From: Flaccisagitta enflata
Lineage: Eukaryota
Assembly: GCA_965153355.1 (NCBI GenBank)
Contig: OZ231126.1
Location: forward strand, 32,116,001 to 32,180,000
Length of the DNA: 64,000 nt
Direction: 5' to 3'
Shown: piece by piece, positions 26,816 to 41,216 of the stretch
Layout of the letters: the number at the start of each line of letters is the position of its first letter
How positions within the stretch are numbered: the first letter of the stretch is position 1
The notes under the pieces: generated by a model
Seen by the model: the letters and a program-made list of their open reading frames with translations, nothing else
Databases searched by the model: none
What the model was told of the DNA's origin: nothing
Program-made: the position numbers and the translations under genes

Positions 26816-29800
26816 AACTAATAAAAAAAAGAAAAATGAAACAAAAGAACAACAACGACAAAGAAGACAGCGACAACCACAGCGACCATAGCGACGAATA
26901 CAGCTACGACTCCAATGACGACACCAATGAAAACGACTACAACAATCATGCGAAATATGCTTAACAAAAGATTGTGAGCATACTATATATCTGTTAAAAA
27001 CTACAACAAAAAATTGGGAAAAAAACACAAAATAACAAACTTCATTTACAAAAAAAACACAAAAATACCAACAAAATACATCAGCAACACTCAACAGCAA
27101 AACCATAAACAACAAACAACAACAAAAACAACGACAAAATTAAACTACGACTGTCTCATCCACAAAAAGCTGAACATTTATTGTTGTAGTAACCCCAAAC
27201 GTCACTCGTTTTTACGATGGTGAAAAATCGTGTTGTTTTATTCATTAATTCTTTTTTTTCGTTGCACGTTTATGTATTACAATGCTCTAAAAATACTTCG
27301 AGAATTGACAATGGCTAAAGAGAATCTCTCTTTTTGTTTTGATTATTTAAACAATTAAATACTGAAATTTGCTTATTTTCAAAATATTAACGAAAGCCTG
27401 CTCAATGAGCACAAATGCTCATATAAATTGGATCTCGGATGGAATGTTTTTTTTCGCTCAGCTTAGCTTAGCTCAGCTCGGCTCATGCTCAGCTTATTGA
27501 TGTTTATTGATAATTGGGAATAACGGAATTATGTAAATAGTAAGTAAATGATAAACTCTAATGCAAAGGAACGATGGCAATGTCTGGCTAAACAATTCAT
27601 ACATATTTTGTTTTCCTCATTTTTATCCCATTTTTCATGTTTCCCATTTTCTCATATTGATTGACATAGCGATTCCGAAAGGAAACTCAGTTCCAGATTA
27701 TTGAAAAAAAAGGTTTAGGTACTGATTAAAACATTAAGTGTTCAGATGCTGTTCCGCGTTTAATTTTGTTTTCGTCCGAAGCTAAATAAGCAAACTGATA
27801 TTGGAACATTTGGATTTGACGTATTTTGTTTCTGCCATAAAAAACTTTTTTTTCTGCATTGTATACCATTCCAGGTTAGATGCAGGTATATTAACGGTCC
27901 GTTAAGATACTAGAAATGAGAGTGAGCATCTTTGTACAAGCCAATGGCATCTTTCTTCCAGACGTTACCCGTTTGTAAATAAGTAAAATTACCAAAAAAC
28001 TGATATCTCCTTGAAAAAAGACCTACCCGATGTTTAACAACGCTGTTACCATTATCAATGTTGCCACCGCCTTAACTAATCAATTCCAAATGTATTTTTT
28101 TAGGAATAGCGTTGCCTATTCTGGATCGTTGGAAAAAAAAAAAAGAAAGACAGTAACCACTTTCGTTGATTGTTTCTACCCAAAAGATCTTCTTATAAAA
28201 AAACATAGAGAGCCATCTTTTGTATCAGTCTTGAACGATCTTTTCTATGTGATTGTTGTAGCAACAAATGTTCGTTCTTCCACTGCATTGCGCAGTTGGG
28301 GAGGGAAAATTTCATCGATTATTAAAATAACCCACTGTGTTTTATGACCGAGTTATTTTTATGGGGCGCTTTATTGCCGAGCTTAGGATTTCAACTCTCT
28401 CTGACGCCGTTTTGTAAAGGGGAACCAGTATTTAGTTGCGGACATGCAACTGTATGAGAGGCTTTGTCCGTCCGTTGTTCTGTCTGTCCGTCGGTCTGTC
28501 AGTCCGTCGGTCCGTAGGTCCGTAAGGCATAAGTCGAAAATTGTCGATACTCGCATTTGGATACATGCATGTGTGGAGGGGGGTGTTGACGGGGAAATGG
28601 GGTGAGGCTAGAGGTTGGATGCCTCAGCCCAACCATCCGCAACGATATTGTGACCCCGCGTCACTTGTTCTCCCTTCCTTGGATTGGGAAGCTGGAGGAG
28701 GGTGAAATGTGCCCCTAGCTATTGATGTAAGCTAGGCCAGGGACATAGTTTTATTGTAATAGTTTTAAGTTTTTTAATTGACAATTAACTCATGTCAAGC
28801 TGCCTGCTCCAGAAGGTTCATGACTTTGTAAACTTACTTTATCGGATTGGTGTGTTGGGTTCTGATAGTTAAGAAAGAACGGTATTAACTATCAAGGAAT
28901 AAGAACAATATCTAGTCACATGTGCAGGGGGAAAGGTGGATTTACGCGCTTCCACAGTTTCAGTTTGATCAAAATAGACCGTCGGGCGAAAAAAAGAACG
29001 TGACTAAGAATCTTGGGTCTCCTTTGCAATCTCATTCCGTACCTTTTGTTTCAAAAGTGTTTAAGTAGATGATGTTTTAGGGATTAGGGCAGGGGTGGGT
29101 TTTAGGGAAGGGTTTGGAGTTGGGAGTAGGTAGGCAAAGAAGTGTGTTCAACGTTACAAAAGTTCACAATCGATTTGTGGCTCTCACGTCGAGAAGCATG
29201 ATATCAGCTAGTATTTCAAATTTCAGGACAATCGCATCAATAGTTTAGAAGTGACGGCCTTTTTCATACTTAACAAGGCCGGATACACGGCCAATACCAG
29301 TTGCGGACGGGTGGGCAGGGGCGGAAATAAGCGTTTTCGACTCGTGTTCACGGACCAACCGACCGACCAACGGACGGACGGACAAAGCCTCTTATAGAGT
29401 TGCGTGTCCGCAACTAAAAAAAAATAGAAATAACCGACGTTCTTTTTTTCCGTTCTTTCTTTAAACTCGCCCCCAATCAAATTTTTGAAATTTCTTGAAA
29501 AAAGTAAGGCTACAGGACTTTGGACCTAGGCGATTTAAACAATTTCTTATCGATTGCACCCCACTTTTGAAAATCATTTTTAAAAAAAATATTTGGTGTT
29601 TTTTTTTTAAGTCCCTGACGCGCGACACAAAAATTTTCTAAGTTTTTTTGAAAAAAAGTGAAAATACAAGATGTTGGATCTAAGCAAATCAAACAATTTC
29701 CTATTGATTGCACCCCACTTTTTTTTCAAAAAAAAAATTCTCAATAAGAGCTTTTTAGGGGCCCCTAAGAAGTAAATAATGATGTTTAGTTAAAGCCGAC

Positions 29801-29964
29801 GGCGAGAGAAATCGAATCTCCGCCGAACAAAACCAAGAATGCCTAGATCAGTAGTGATTTGCGCCTTCAATGACTCAACACTTCAGGGGGCGAGTTTTTT
29901 TTTTCAAAACGAGATGCGCTCTCAGCCTTAGAAATTTTAAGTTGTAGCTCGTCCCCTTGAGTAG

Positions 29965-32900
29965 TAGCACGCAGGTTCGTGACTAAATATAGTTGGAACC
30001 TTTATGTTTGGGAGATGTGCGCACCATTTCATGGTATAATGCATCAAGAAAAATTTGGAGGTGGTCAGATGCCGGGAAGATGGCGCCGCCACCCCCCCCT
30101 TGATCAAAGTGGTGGTGGTGGTGGTCCAAATCTTGTTTCTTAGGTCATTTTGACCTCAAAATCGGGCCACTTCGCCTATAAATTATTACAAAAAATCCAT
30201 AAGGTTATAAAGCTAGAGCTCAAGAGCTAACCAACGGTGCAATCCGCATGTTTCTGTCATTTTTCGTTTAGATTTGAGAGCATTTCAAAGATGAAAGGGT
30301 ATGAAGGGAAAATTGTAGCCTCAATTTTAGTGGCAAATTTGACATTTTTCACAAATTTCAATATTTCTCCGCTTTGGATGGACCAAACTGCATAAAATTG
30401 GTGATCAAATTGAAGAGTTTTTCCTGCTCTAGCTGATGGTAAAAAAATTTTTGATCAATATTTCCCCAAATTTTTTTTAGAGATTGTAGAAGCAGGTGCA
30501 AAAAAAAGTCGATTTTTTTTGCAAATTGGGCAATTTTGGATGAAAAATTTGGCCACTTCCAATTTTAAACAAGTGACGCGGGGTCACAATACTGTTGCAG
30601 ACGGGTGGGCAGGGGCATCCAACCCCCATCCACACCCCATGCCCCCCCCACCAACACACATACCCAAAGACATATCTAAAACGCTTGTTTTTCCACTTTT
30701 CAACTTGTGGGTTATGGACGTACGTACGTACGGACGGACTGACCGACAGACAGATGGACCAACGGACAAAGCCTCTTATAGAGTTGCGTGTCCGCAACTA
30801 AAAACACTTAAAATCCATAAGCAAAATAGAGTAATGCTCAAGAGGTAATTAGTGGTGCACTCTGCATATTAATATGTTTTTGCATTTGAATTTTATAGAA
30901 CTTCAAAGATCAAAGGGTATGTCAAAATGACAATTTTTGGGTAGTTTGGCCTCAATTTCAGGCCTTTTCGCTGTGGAAATCGATAAAAAAATCCAATACA
31001 TTATAAAACTAGAGCTCAAGAGCTAGCCAGTGGTGCAATCTATCATTTTTTGTTTAGATTTGAGAGCATTTCAAAGATGAAAGGGTATGAAGGGAAAATT
31101 GCAGCCTCAATTTCAGTGGCAATTTTTACATTTTTCACAAATTTCAATATTTTTCCGCTTTGGATGGACCAAACTGCATGAAATTGGTGATAAAATGGAA
31201 AAAAAATTTTTGCTCTAGCTGATGGTAAAGAAATTTTTGATCAATTTTTCCCCAAATCTTAGAATTTTAGAGATTGTAAAAGCAGGTGCAAAAAAGTCGA
31301 TTTTTAGTCGCGTGCACGCGACTCTACAACCCGCTCCGTCGGTCGGTCCGTCCGTCGGTCCGTCGGTCCGTCGGTCGGTCGGTAACACTTTGCTTTTTTT
31401 CGTCTTTTTGGGTCGTCTGGAGTTATTTTGAGTCATTTTTTTGTTGTTATTGAGAATTATTGGTTGCTTTTAGTCATTTTTGGTCATTTTTGGTCATTTT
31501 TGGTCATTTTAGTCATTTTGGTCATTTTGGTCATTTTGGTAGTTTGTGATTATTTTTGATTATTTTTGGTCATTTTTGGTCATTTTTGATCATTTTTGAT
31601 TATTTTTGGTCATTTTTGGTCATTTTTGGTCATTTTTGGTCATTTTCGGTCATTTAGGTCATTTTTGGTTATTTTTGGTCATTTTTGGTCATTTTTGGTC
31701 ATTTAGGTCATTTTTGGTCATTTTTGGTCATTTTTGGTCATCTTTGGTCATCTCTGGTCATTTTGGTCATTTTTGGTCATTTTGGTCATTTTGGTCATTT
31801 TTGGTCATTTTGGGCATTTTTGGGCATTTTTGGTCATTTTTGGTCATTTTTGGTCATTTTTGGTCATTTTTGGTTTATGTCTGCTGGTTAAAGTCTGCTG
31901 GTTGAAGTCTGCTGGTTAAAGTCTGGTGGGCAAAGTCTGATGGTTAAAGTCTGCTGGTTTAAATCTGCTGGTTTAAATCTGCTGGTTTAAGTCTGCTGGT
32001 TTAAATCTAATGGGTTAAGTCTGCTGGTTAAAGTCTGCTGGTTTAAATCTGCTGGTTTAGGTCTGCTGGTTTAAGTCTGCTGGTTTAAATTTAATGGTTT
32101 AAGTCTGCTTGTCTAATGGTTTAAGTCTGCTGGTTTAAGTCTGCTGGTTAAAATGGTATTAAAGATAAGTATGGTGTAAGTCTGGTTAAAGTCTGGTTAA
32201 AGTCTGGTTTAAGTCTGGTGTAAGTCTGGTTTAAGTCTGGTTTTAGTCTGGTTTAAGACTGGTTCATGTCTGATTTATGTCTGGTTTAGGTCTGGGTTAG
32301 GTCTGGTTTGGGTCTGGTGTATGTCTGGTTTTTGTCTGGTTTATGTTTGATTTAGCTCGATTTAGGTCTGGTTTCGGTCTGGTTTTGGTCTGGTTTTGGT
32401 CTGGTTTAATTCTGGTTTGAGTCTGGTTTGAGTCTGGTTTGAGTCTGGTTTGAGTCTGGTTTGAGTCTGGTTTGATTCTGGTTTGAGCCTGGTTTGAGCC
32501 TGGTTTCAGTCTGGTTTAAGTCTGGTTTGAGTCTGGTTTGAGTCTGGTTTGAGTCTGGTTTGAGTCTCGTTTGAGTCTGGTTTGAGTCTGGTTTGAGTCT
32601 GGATTGAGTCTGGATTGAGTCTGGATTGAGTCTGCATTGAGTCTGGTTTGAGTCTGGCTTAAATCTGTTTTATGTCTGGTTTATGTCTGGTTTATGTCTG
32701 GTTTATGTCTGATTTAGGTCTGGTTTCGGTCTGGTTTAATTCTGGTTTGAGTCTCGTTTAAGTCTGGTTTGAGTCTGGTTTGGGTCTGTTTTGGGTTGCT
32801 TTTAAGTCTGATTTTCGATAAAAAGGTACAATAAGGAGTCAGGTCAGTTCAGTTATTTTTGTCCTGCACGCGACTTATAGGTGTTGGCCTTGTTTTTGAA

Positions 32901-33799
32901 AATTGGGCAATTTTGGATGAAAAATTTTGCCACTTCCAATCTCAAAAAAACACTTAAAATCCATGATCAAAATCAAGTACTGCTTAAGACCTAATTAGTG
33001 GTGCAATCTGCATATCAATACGTTTTTGCATTTAGATTTTATAGAACTTCAAAGATCAAAGGCTATGTCAAATTGACAATTTTCTGGTTTTTTTTTTGCC
33101 AGTTTGGCTTGAATTTCAGGCCTTTTTGCCGTGGAAATCGATTAAAAAATTTAAGACATTATAAAACTAGAGCTCAAGATTTAACCAGTGTGTTTCTATC
33201 ATTTTTCGTTTAGATTTGAGAGCATTTCCAAGATGGAAGGGTGTGAGGCCAAATTAGTAATTGTTACACCTGCTTCTAAAATCTCTTAAAAGAATTTGGG
33301 GAAATGTTGATCAAAAATATCTTTACCATCAGCTAGAGCAGGAAAAACTCTTCAATTTGATCACCAATTTTATGCAGTTTGGTCCATCCAAAGCGGAGAA
33401 ATATTGAAATTTGTGAAAAATGTCAAAATTGCCACTGAAATTGAGGCTGCAATTTTCCCTTCATACCCTTTCATCTATAAAATGCTCTCAAATCTAAATG
33501 AAAAATGATAGAAACATGCGGATTGCACCACTGGTTAGCTCTTGAGCTCTAGTTTTATAATCTCATGGATTTTTTGTCTTTTTTCAAAGGCAAAGTGGCT
33601 CGATTTTGAGGTCAAAATGACCAAAAAAAAACAAGATTTGGACCACCACTACCACTTTACTCAGGGGGGGGGTGGCGGCGCCATCTTCCCGACATTGGAC
33701 GACCTCCAAATTTTTTTTGGTGCATTATACCATGAAATGGTGTGCATATCTCATGAACATAAAGGCTCTGACCATTTTTAGTCATGAACCCCCGTGCTA
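29965..33799. mobile_element. hAT-type non-autonomous element with long modular TIRs, nested in the 29128-36258 element
   Basis: 8-bp TSD TTGAGTAG at 29957-29964 and 33800-33807; termini TAGCACG...CGTGCTA; inverted arms of several hundred bp. Confidence 0.9.
31301..32897 (+). mobile_element. HINE/DINE-1-like element, family 'A', carrying three central tandem arrays
   Basis: Starts TTTTTAGTCGCGTGCACGCGACT, then (GTCG/GTCC)n, arrays of tttttggtca, gtctgctggtttaa and gtctggtttga, 3' subTIR tgcacgcgact and ggtgttggccttgtt. Inserted in a T-run; the uninterrupted site is seen at about 30505-30530. Confidence 0.8.
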
Positions 33800-33899
33800 T
33801 TGAGTAGGGCTAGTGGTGAGTTTTTTTTTATGTTTTAAGCTTCAGTTCGTTTGAATTAAAGATTTGTCCTTGCGGAAAAAAAATATGTCTTTCCATCCA

Positions 33900-34205
33900 G
33901 CCTCTCATTAACGCCAGTCTTTCTTTAATGCCAGTCTCTCATCAACGCCAGTCTTTCTCCAATGCCAATCACTCTCCAATGCCAGTCTCTCTCCAATGCC
34001 AATCACTCTCCAATGTCAGTCTCTCTTCAACGCCAGTCTCTCTCCAATACCAGTCTCTCATCAACGCCAGTGTATCTCCAATGCCAGTCTCTCTTCAACG
34101 CCAGTCGCTTTCCACGTCCAATGCCAGTCTTTCTTCAATGCTAGCCTCTCTCCAATTCCAGTCTCTCTTCAACGCCAGTTTATCTCCAATGCCAGTCTCT
34201 CTCCA
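33900..34205 (+). repeat. Minisatellite of about 18-20-bp units (aatgccagtctctctcc / caacgccagtct)
   Basis: About 15 variant copies, directly visible. Confidence 0.9.
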
Positions 34206-36774
34206 AGCGTTTAAACACTGTTTATAGATCATAGATGAGTATCCCTCCACTTTGTAACCACCTCATCAATACGTAAACTATGAAACCTAGTGACAACGAA
34301 TATCGCTGTCCTTTTCAGGCTTTCGCGACTTAAATCTCTTCAAAGAAACTTCTTGTTTCCAGAAATTGCATGGGACTGACCTCGGCCTCGTCAAGAATAC
34401 CGAATGTTTTTTTTTTCTTTTTTTTTTTTTTATTTATGCTATACAAATGTGTATACAAATGCTATACAAATGTGTTCTAAATAGGGTGTTGTATTTCGGG
34501 TTCAGAAGCTTTATATATCGTTTTCTTGTGTAAAACATGAAGCGGTTTGAATGAATGAATGAATGAAAAAGTAGACATTTTTAGTCGCGTGCACGCGACT
34601 CTACAACCCACTTTGTCGGTCCGTCCGTCGGTCCGTCAGCCCGCCGGTCCTTCTGTCACACTTTACTTTTTTCAGGATTTTGCGGTCTTTGGCCTCACTG
34701 CTCCTGCCCAAATGATGAAGTGACCTCAAATACAGCCCCTGCCCACCCGCACGCGACTGGGGTAGCTGTGTATACAGCCTTGTTTGTACAAACGCAAAAA
34801 AACAAAACAAATATAAACAAGTGATGGTATGGATTAAACAGAAGTGCCCTTTTTTTTCTTATAAGAGCCTAGTTTATAAGAAAATCAAAGCTTGAAATTG
34901 CTCAAAAATTTGGAACATCATAGTCATTTGATTAGTAGCCATCTCTATCTCTTTCATAGGCTTTGGCAAAAAAATGATGTTCTTTTAAAAAAAGGCCGAA
35001 TACGCGGCAGGACAGTCGTGGACGGTTGGGCAGGAGCAGTAATGCGAAAAAACGCTCGCAATTCAGAAATGTGTACTGTTCCAATGATTGAAGTGTTGTC
35101 AATACTATTGATGAATGGAGGAGTATGCTCTCTCTGCACCTCTACAGAAGGAACCATTTTAAGAGTAGTGGAGGGACCAATATTATAGCACCCCCCTACA
35201 GCTCACATCATTGCTTATATTTTTCTACTCTGGGTAGTGGTTAATACCTTAGGTAGGAGACAATCTACAACTTAAAATTTCTAAGGCTGAGAGCGCATCT
35301 CGTTTTGAAAAAAACTCGCCCCTTGAAGTGTTGAGAGTTATTGAAGGCGCAAATCACCACTAATCTAGGCGTTCTTGAATTTGTTTGATGGAGTTTCGAT
35401 TTCTCTCGCCGTCGGCTTTAACTAAACATCATTTTCTTCTTAGGGGCCCCTAAGGGCCCCCAAAAAAACCCTTATTGAGAATTTTTTTTTCTTGAAAAAA
35501 AAAAGGTGGGGTGCAATCAATAGGAAATTGTCCGATTTGCCTTGATCCAAAATCTTGTATTTTCATTTTTTTTCAAAAAACTTGGAAAATTTTGTGTCGC
35601 GCGTCAGGGACTAAAAAAAAAAATCACAAAATATTTTTTTGAAAAATGATTTTCAAAAGTGGGGTACAATCAATAGGAAATTATCTGATTTGCCTAGATC
35701 CAAAATCTTGTATTTTCATTATTTTTTTTTAGAAAACTTTTAAAAATTTTGTGTCGTGTCAGGGACTTAAAAAAAAATCACAAAATATTTTTTTTGATAA
35801 ATAGTTTTCAAAAGTGGGGTGTAATCAATAGGAAATTGCCTGATTCGCCTAGGTCCAAAATCCTGTAACCTTACTTTTTTTTTAAAATTCTAAAAATTTG
35901 ATTAGGGGCAAGTTCAAAGATAGAATGGAAAAAAAGGATGTCGGTTTTCTCTTTTATTTTTTATGTATGAACAAGGCCAGATACACGGCCACCAGTTGCG
36001 GACGAGTGGGCAGGAGCGGAAATGCGCATTTTTACACTTTTTGACTCGTGCTCACCGGCGGACCGACCAACCAACGGACGGACGGACAAAGCCTCTTATA
36101 TAGTTGCGTGTCCGCAACTAAAAAGGCCGTAACTTCTAAACTATTGATGCGATTGTCCTGAAATTTGAAATACTAGCTGACGTCATGCTTCTCGACCTAC
36201 GAGCCAAAAATCTTGATTGTGAACCGTCGTAAAGTTGAACACACTTCTTTGCCTACCTTAGGTGAATACAAATTTTTTCAGTAAGGTAATTTTTGAAATT
36301 CAATCAAGAACTTTTTCAAATCTTTAATTTTTCCTATTTTTGGGGGTTTTGAAAATGCTTAAATTTTAGCATATAAAGGTCAATTGTGGCGATTCTAAAA
36401 AGAATCTCTAAAAAACCCTGGATGAAAAAATTCATCTTTACTAAAGGTATAAACCGCTGCCCAGATCCAGAGCAAAAAAATAGAATCATTAGTGCGGGCT
36501 GTAGGGGGGGTTGCTATAACTTTTCGTCCCTCCACACCTCTTATAATGGTTCCTTCTGTATTGTCTTAGACTTAGTCCTAATATCTCTCTAAAATAAGCC
36601 ATGTTGCAATGTGGGCAGTGGTTTACATATTTCTTTAGCTACGGAAATCACCAAAATGATTTACGTTACGAGAGCATTAAGCCTTATGCCTTTCGAGAGC
36701 ATTATTTATTAAGGCTTAATGGCTTAAAGTCTTTAAGCCATTAAGCCTTAATTCAAGGGAATCTTCTTGATCTT

Positions 36775-36864
<90 letters not shown>

Positions 36865-37157
36865 TTGAATATTTTATGTAAATTAGGTAATACGTACGAT
36901 TCCGATGCACGGTCTTCTTCCTCATCCTGATTCCTCCGCTTCTCATTCTAACTCAGCTAGTTGGTCACCAATTCTAGCAGTGCCAATGATCTGTTAATTT
37001 GCAATAGCATTGAATATTTTTTTTAGTCCCATGCTGCACGCGACTCTATACCCCGCTTTGTCTTTCAGTTGAGTCGGTTGGTCAGTTACACTTTCCTTTT
37101 TAATGTTTTCTATTCTGTGACGTCACTGCTCCAGCGAAAATGGTTTAGTGACCTCAT

Positions 37158-37789
37158 TAAAAAATCTCAGGATCAAGTCAAAATTCTGGGATTTTACCGT
37201 CCATCCTATACTATACCAATTTTGACCCCAGGAATCCAAATCTGCAGCCAAAAATGGTCTCAGGTCAATATTTCCATCGACTACGGCTACATTTCTCAGG
37301 TCATATTGCCATATAAGGTCAAATTTTCAAAATTGGAAATTTGTCAATCTGATTGCAGATTCAAAACCCTTGCAAAAAACTGTGTGAAGAAAGTGTCTTT
37401 CTTTTTTCTAAATTTTGATTAGAACATAGTCAAAATTAACATTATCGACCAAAATAAGGTCAAATTTAGACAAAAGAGCAATTTTACTCTATTTTGGATG
37501 GTTGACGGTAATTTTGACTATGTTCCCCTTAAAATTTAAAAAAAAGAAAGACACTTTCTTATCATAGTTTTTTCCAAGGATTTTGAATCTGCAATCAGAT
37601 TGACAAATTTCCAATTTTGAAAATTTGACCTTATATAGTATTTTGACCTGAGAAATATAGCCGTAGTCGATCGAAATATTGACCTGAGACCATTTTTGAC
37701 TGCAAATTCGGATTCCTGGGGTCAAAATTGGTCTAGTGCAGGATGGACAGTAAAATCCCAAAATTTTGACTTGATTCTGAGATTTTTTA
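37158..37789. mobile_element. Mutator/MULE-like palindromic MITE inserted in a HINE copy
   Basis: 10-bp TSD GTGACCTCAT at 37148-37157 and 37790-37799; TIRs of about 300 bp make up almost the whole element. The uninterrupted host site (agtgacctcaaatacag) is visible at about 34720. Confidence 0.88.
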
Positions 37790-40700
37790 GTGACCTCATA
37801 TATACCTCTGTCTACCTGCATACAACTGGGGTAGCCATGTATTCAGCCTTGTTTATTGTAGTAAGATATCTGTTTAACATTAAGTTTGAATATTAAACAT
37901 TATTTTGATTATTTGATCAGAATTTTATTGTCCCTTTAGCATCAAAATCAAAAATATTATTTAGAAAAATAACTTAATTTTTTTTTCTCAAGAATCTGGC
38001 TCATAAGATTATTAAAGCTTTGAATAGCTCTATAATTAAGAATACCTTAATATACAAAAACGTTATAAAGATGTTTTTGATAATGTAAAATAATAATAAT
38101 AATGAGGCCCCTAAAAGCCTCCAAAGACCAACAAACAAACCCACAAACCTGACCTGACAATGCATCGGACTCAGTTGCATGACAGAAAAATGCCAAAATT
38201 AAAAGTAAGAAAATATTGGACTGGTAGTATTGTTATGATTAGATGAGGTAAGAGAGCGTCATCAGCCAATCAGCATCCAGACAATAACGCGTACGGGCAA
38301 CATTGAACAAGTGTCTGCCCAACAATGATAAAATATGGCGGCGAACAAAAGGGCAATGCCCGCGGAAGAGCCTCATTACTGCTTGCGCGGTTTCTTTAAT
38401 AAATCATTAAGTTTACTTTATATCAATAGTTTTTAAAATCAAAAATATTCTCAGAATCTTAAAAATTTAATTTGGTATCAAAAATTAAAACAAAGCTTCA
38501 AAAGAAATTTTTTCTAACATCTTTAAAATCTTTTTTTCATTATATATTTATCATAATATATATTTATCATAATATATTATATATTTATTATATATTCATT
38601 ACATATTATATAGATTTAAAATTATTTTTAATTTTCATTATATATTTAAAAAACAATATTAAATTTTATTTGCAAACAGTTAAAATGAGTGAGAATAGTA
38701 TTTATATAAAATTATTGCACCTTGATCTGGGGGCTGAGAAAAACCCGAGATGAATCTCAATAGCTTAAATTACATGAAAAGCTTACTTCTAGTTGCCCCA
38801 GTAAGATGAAATTTTACATGAAGAAAGCTGATGGTTTTGCAGAGCAGGGAAAAAAATCTAAAAATGTTTTTCGATTTTTTTAGTTCGCTTAGGAATTATT
38901 TTTTTTCATTTTCGCTTGGGGAGTTTTGATTAAGTTGAGTAACAACTAGGCTCGCCCGAGGCTGGGGTTGAAAATGGTACAGGGTGAAAAAGGGCACTTT
39001 TTTACACCTTCTGGAAAAAAATCAGGGCACTGTCGGACCAATACTTTAGGCGCTATGAATTCTTTAATCTTGTTTTAATTTTTCACATTTTCCGCATTTT
39101 TTTCAAAAATCTTTATTTTTATCGATCTCAATTTTGGGCCTAAAGTAACAATAAAAATGAGTTCAGCAAAGGGCAGATGGAGGGAGGGAGGGAGAGGGGA
39201 AAAAAAAAAGGAGGGAGAGAGAGGGAAGGAGAGGGAGGGAAGGAGGGGGAGGGAGAAGGGGAGGGAAAAGGATGGAGAAAGAGAGAGAGGGAAAGAGAGG
39301 GAGGGAGATAGAGGTAAGGAGAGGGAAGGGGGGAGGGAAAGGGAAGGAGAACTAGTCATCCAAGGATCACACATGGTCAGCGGTACCCGATGCCCTGCTG
39401 GGAGTGATCCAGTGAAGAAGTGGAGTGAGAGCAGGGCAGCGGCCCCAAAGGGCCGATGTCCTGTAGAACACAGGGGGGAATTTCCATACGTCCTGAGGAG
39501 GCACATTTCTGGCAATAGATGACTGATTCAGGCCAAAGAAGGCATATTTGAAGGCTGGAGGGCAGAATTGAGGCTTTGAGAGTGGATTTGAGGTTTGGAG
39601 GGCAAATTTGAGCCACAGAGGGCTGATTTGATGCTTGGAGGTCTAGTTGAAGGTCTGGAGGGCAGATCTGAGGTCTGTAGGTCAGATTTGAGGCGGGGGG
39701 GGGCTGATTTGAAGCCTAGAAGGCTGATTTGAGGCCTGGAGGGCTAAATTTAGGGCTGGGAGGGCAATTTTGAGGCCTTGATGGCCAACGGGGGGGGGAC
39801 GGACGGACGGACGGACGTATGGAAATTCCCCCCTGTGTTCTACAGGACATCGGCCCTTTGGGGCCACTGCCCAAAAAGTGAGAGGGAAAGAGAGGGAGGG
39901 AGATAGAGGTAAGGAGAGGGAGGGGGGTGATAGGGGGAGGGAGAAAAGAGGGGGAGGGAGAGGGAGGGAGAGAAGAAGAGAGAGGGAGGGAGAGAGAAAG
40001 AGGGAGGGAGAGGGGGAGGGACAGGGGGAGGGACAGAGAGAGGAAGAGAGGGAGAGAAAGAAGGAGGGACAAAGGGAGGGAGAGAGGTAAGGAGAGAAGG
40101 AGGGAGCAAAGGATGGAGTCAGAGAGAGACAGAGAGAGAGAGGGTGACAGACAGATAGACACACATACACACACTCACAAACACAGAAGCTTGTAAATAA
40201 AATGCAGAGAAAGAAAAAACTGAAAAAAAACAAAAACAAATTTGATAATTCTCTTTCATTTGGCACCAAGCAAAATGCTCTACGACAAATATTTTTTGCG
40301 TTACGATTTTTTAAAGATTTATTTAAGAAAATTACGAATTTAATTTTTTTTGATTTTTTATGATTTTGAGTAGGATCAAAAAAGGAGTGTATTTATGTTT
40401 GTTTGAGCATGCAGATACAAGAAAACATGTTTATGAGCATAGCTGCTCATCTGTGATGGCGTTTTGGAGGATTCTAGCTCATTTAGCTCAGTTTTTTTAT
40501 TATTTTAAATATGATAAATGAATAGATATTTTGATACATGTTCCAGAAAACAGATACAAAAAAGCATATCAGTGAGCATAACTGCTCATCTGTGAAGGTG
40601 TTTTTAAGCATTTTAGCTCACTTAGCTCATTTAACTCAGTATTTTTTTTTTCCGATTTTTAATGGGATAAATAAATGTTTTGATGGGAGCATGTAAATAC

Positions 40701-40879
40701 AAAAAAACATGTCAGTGAGCATAGCTGATTGTCTGGTTGAGTGATTTTGAGCATTTTAGCTCATTTGGCTCAGTCCTGTTTTTCTCTGATTTTCAGTGCA
40801 ATCAATACAATTGTTATACAATTGCTCTTGATTTGATCTAATAAAAAATCTTAAAAGAGTATGGGTCCGCGACTGGGGT

Positions 40880-41216
40880 CAAACAGCGTTGTCAAACAGC
40901 GTTGTCAAACGGCGTTGTCATACGGCGTTGTCATACGGCGTTGTCATACGGCGTTGTCATACGGCGTTGTCATACGGCGTTGTCAAACGGCGTGGTCAAA
41001 CGGCGTGGTCAAACGGCGTGGTCAAACGGCGTGGTCAAACGGCGTGGTCAAACGGCGTGGTCAAACGGCGTGGTCAAACGGCGTGGTCAAACGGCGTTGT
41101 TAAACGGCGTTGTTAAACGGCGCTGTTAAACGGCGTTGTCAAATGGCGTTGTCAAACGGCGTTGTCAAATGGCGTTGTCAAATGGCGTTGTTAAATAGCG
41201 TTGTTAAATGGCGTTG
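40880..41216 (+). repeat. 13-bp tandem array (caaacggcgttgt / catacggcgttgt / caaacggcgtggt)
   Basis: About 26 copies in homogeneous variant blocks; the array resumes at 42190. Confidence 0.95.

Larger units (their letters stand above)
29128..36258. mobile_element. Long-TIR non-autonomous DNA transposon (superfamily uncertain: PIF/Harbinger- or Kolobok-like ends)
   Basis: Inverted arms about 29128-29948 and 35264-36258, from AGGTAGGCAAAGAAGTGTGTTCAAC to GTTGAACACACTTCTTTGCCTACCT. The TSD is not cleanly readable. Confidence 0.8.

Noticed and set aside
28030..28140. FRNSVAYSGSL resembling the C-terminus of L2/CR1 LINE ORF2
   Set aside because: Too short and degenerate; no reverse-transcriptase motifs nearby.
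40861..41216. Regular short repeats (also 1737-1956 and 48433-48947) as a possible CRISPR array or repeat protein
   Set aside because: Head-to-tail tandem units without unique spacers, no cas genes, eukaryotic context.
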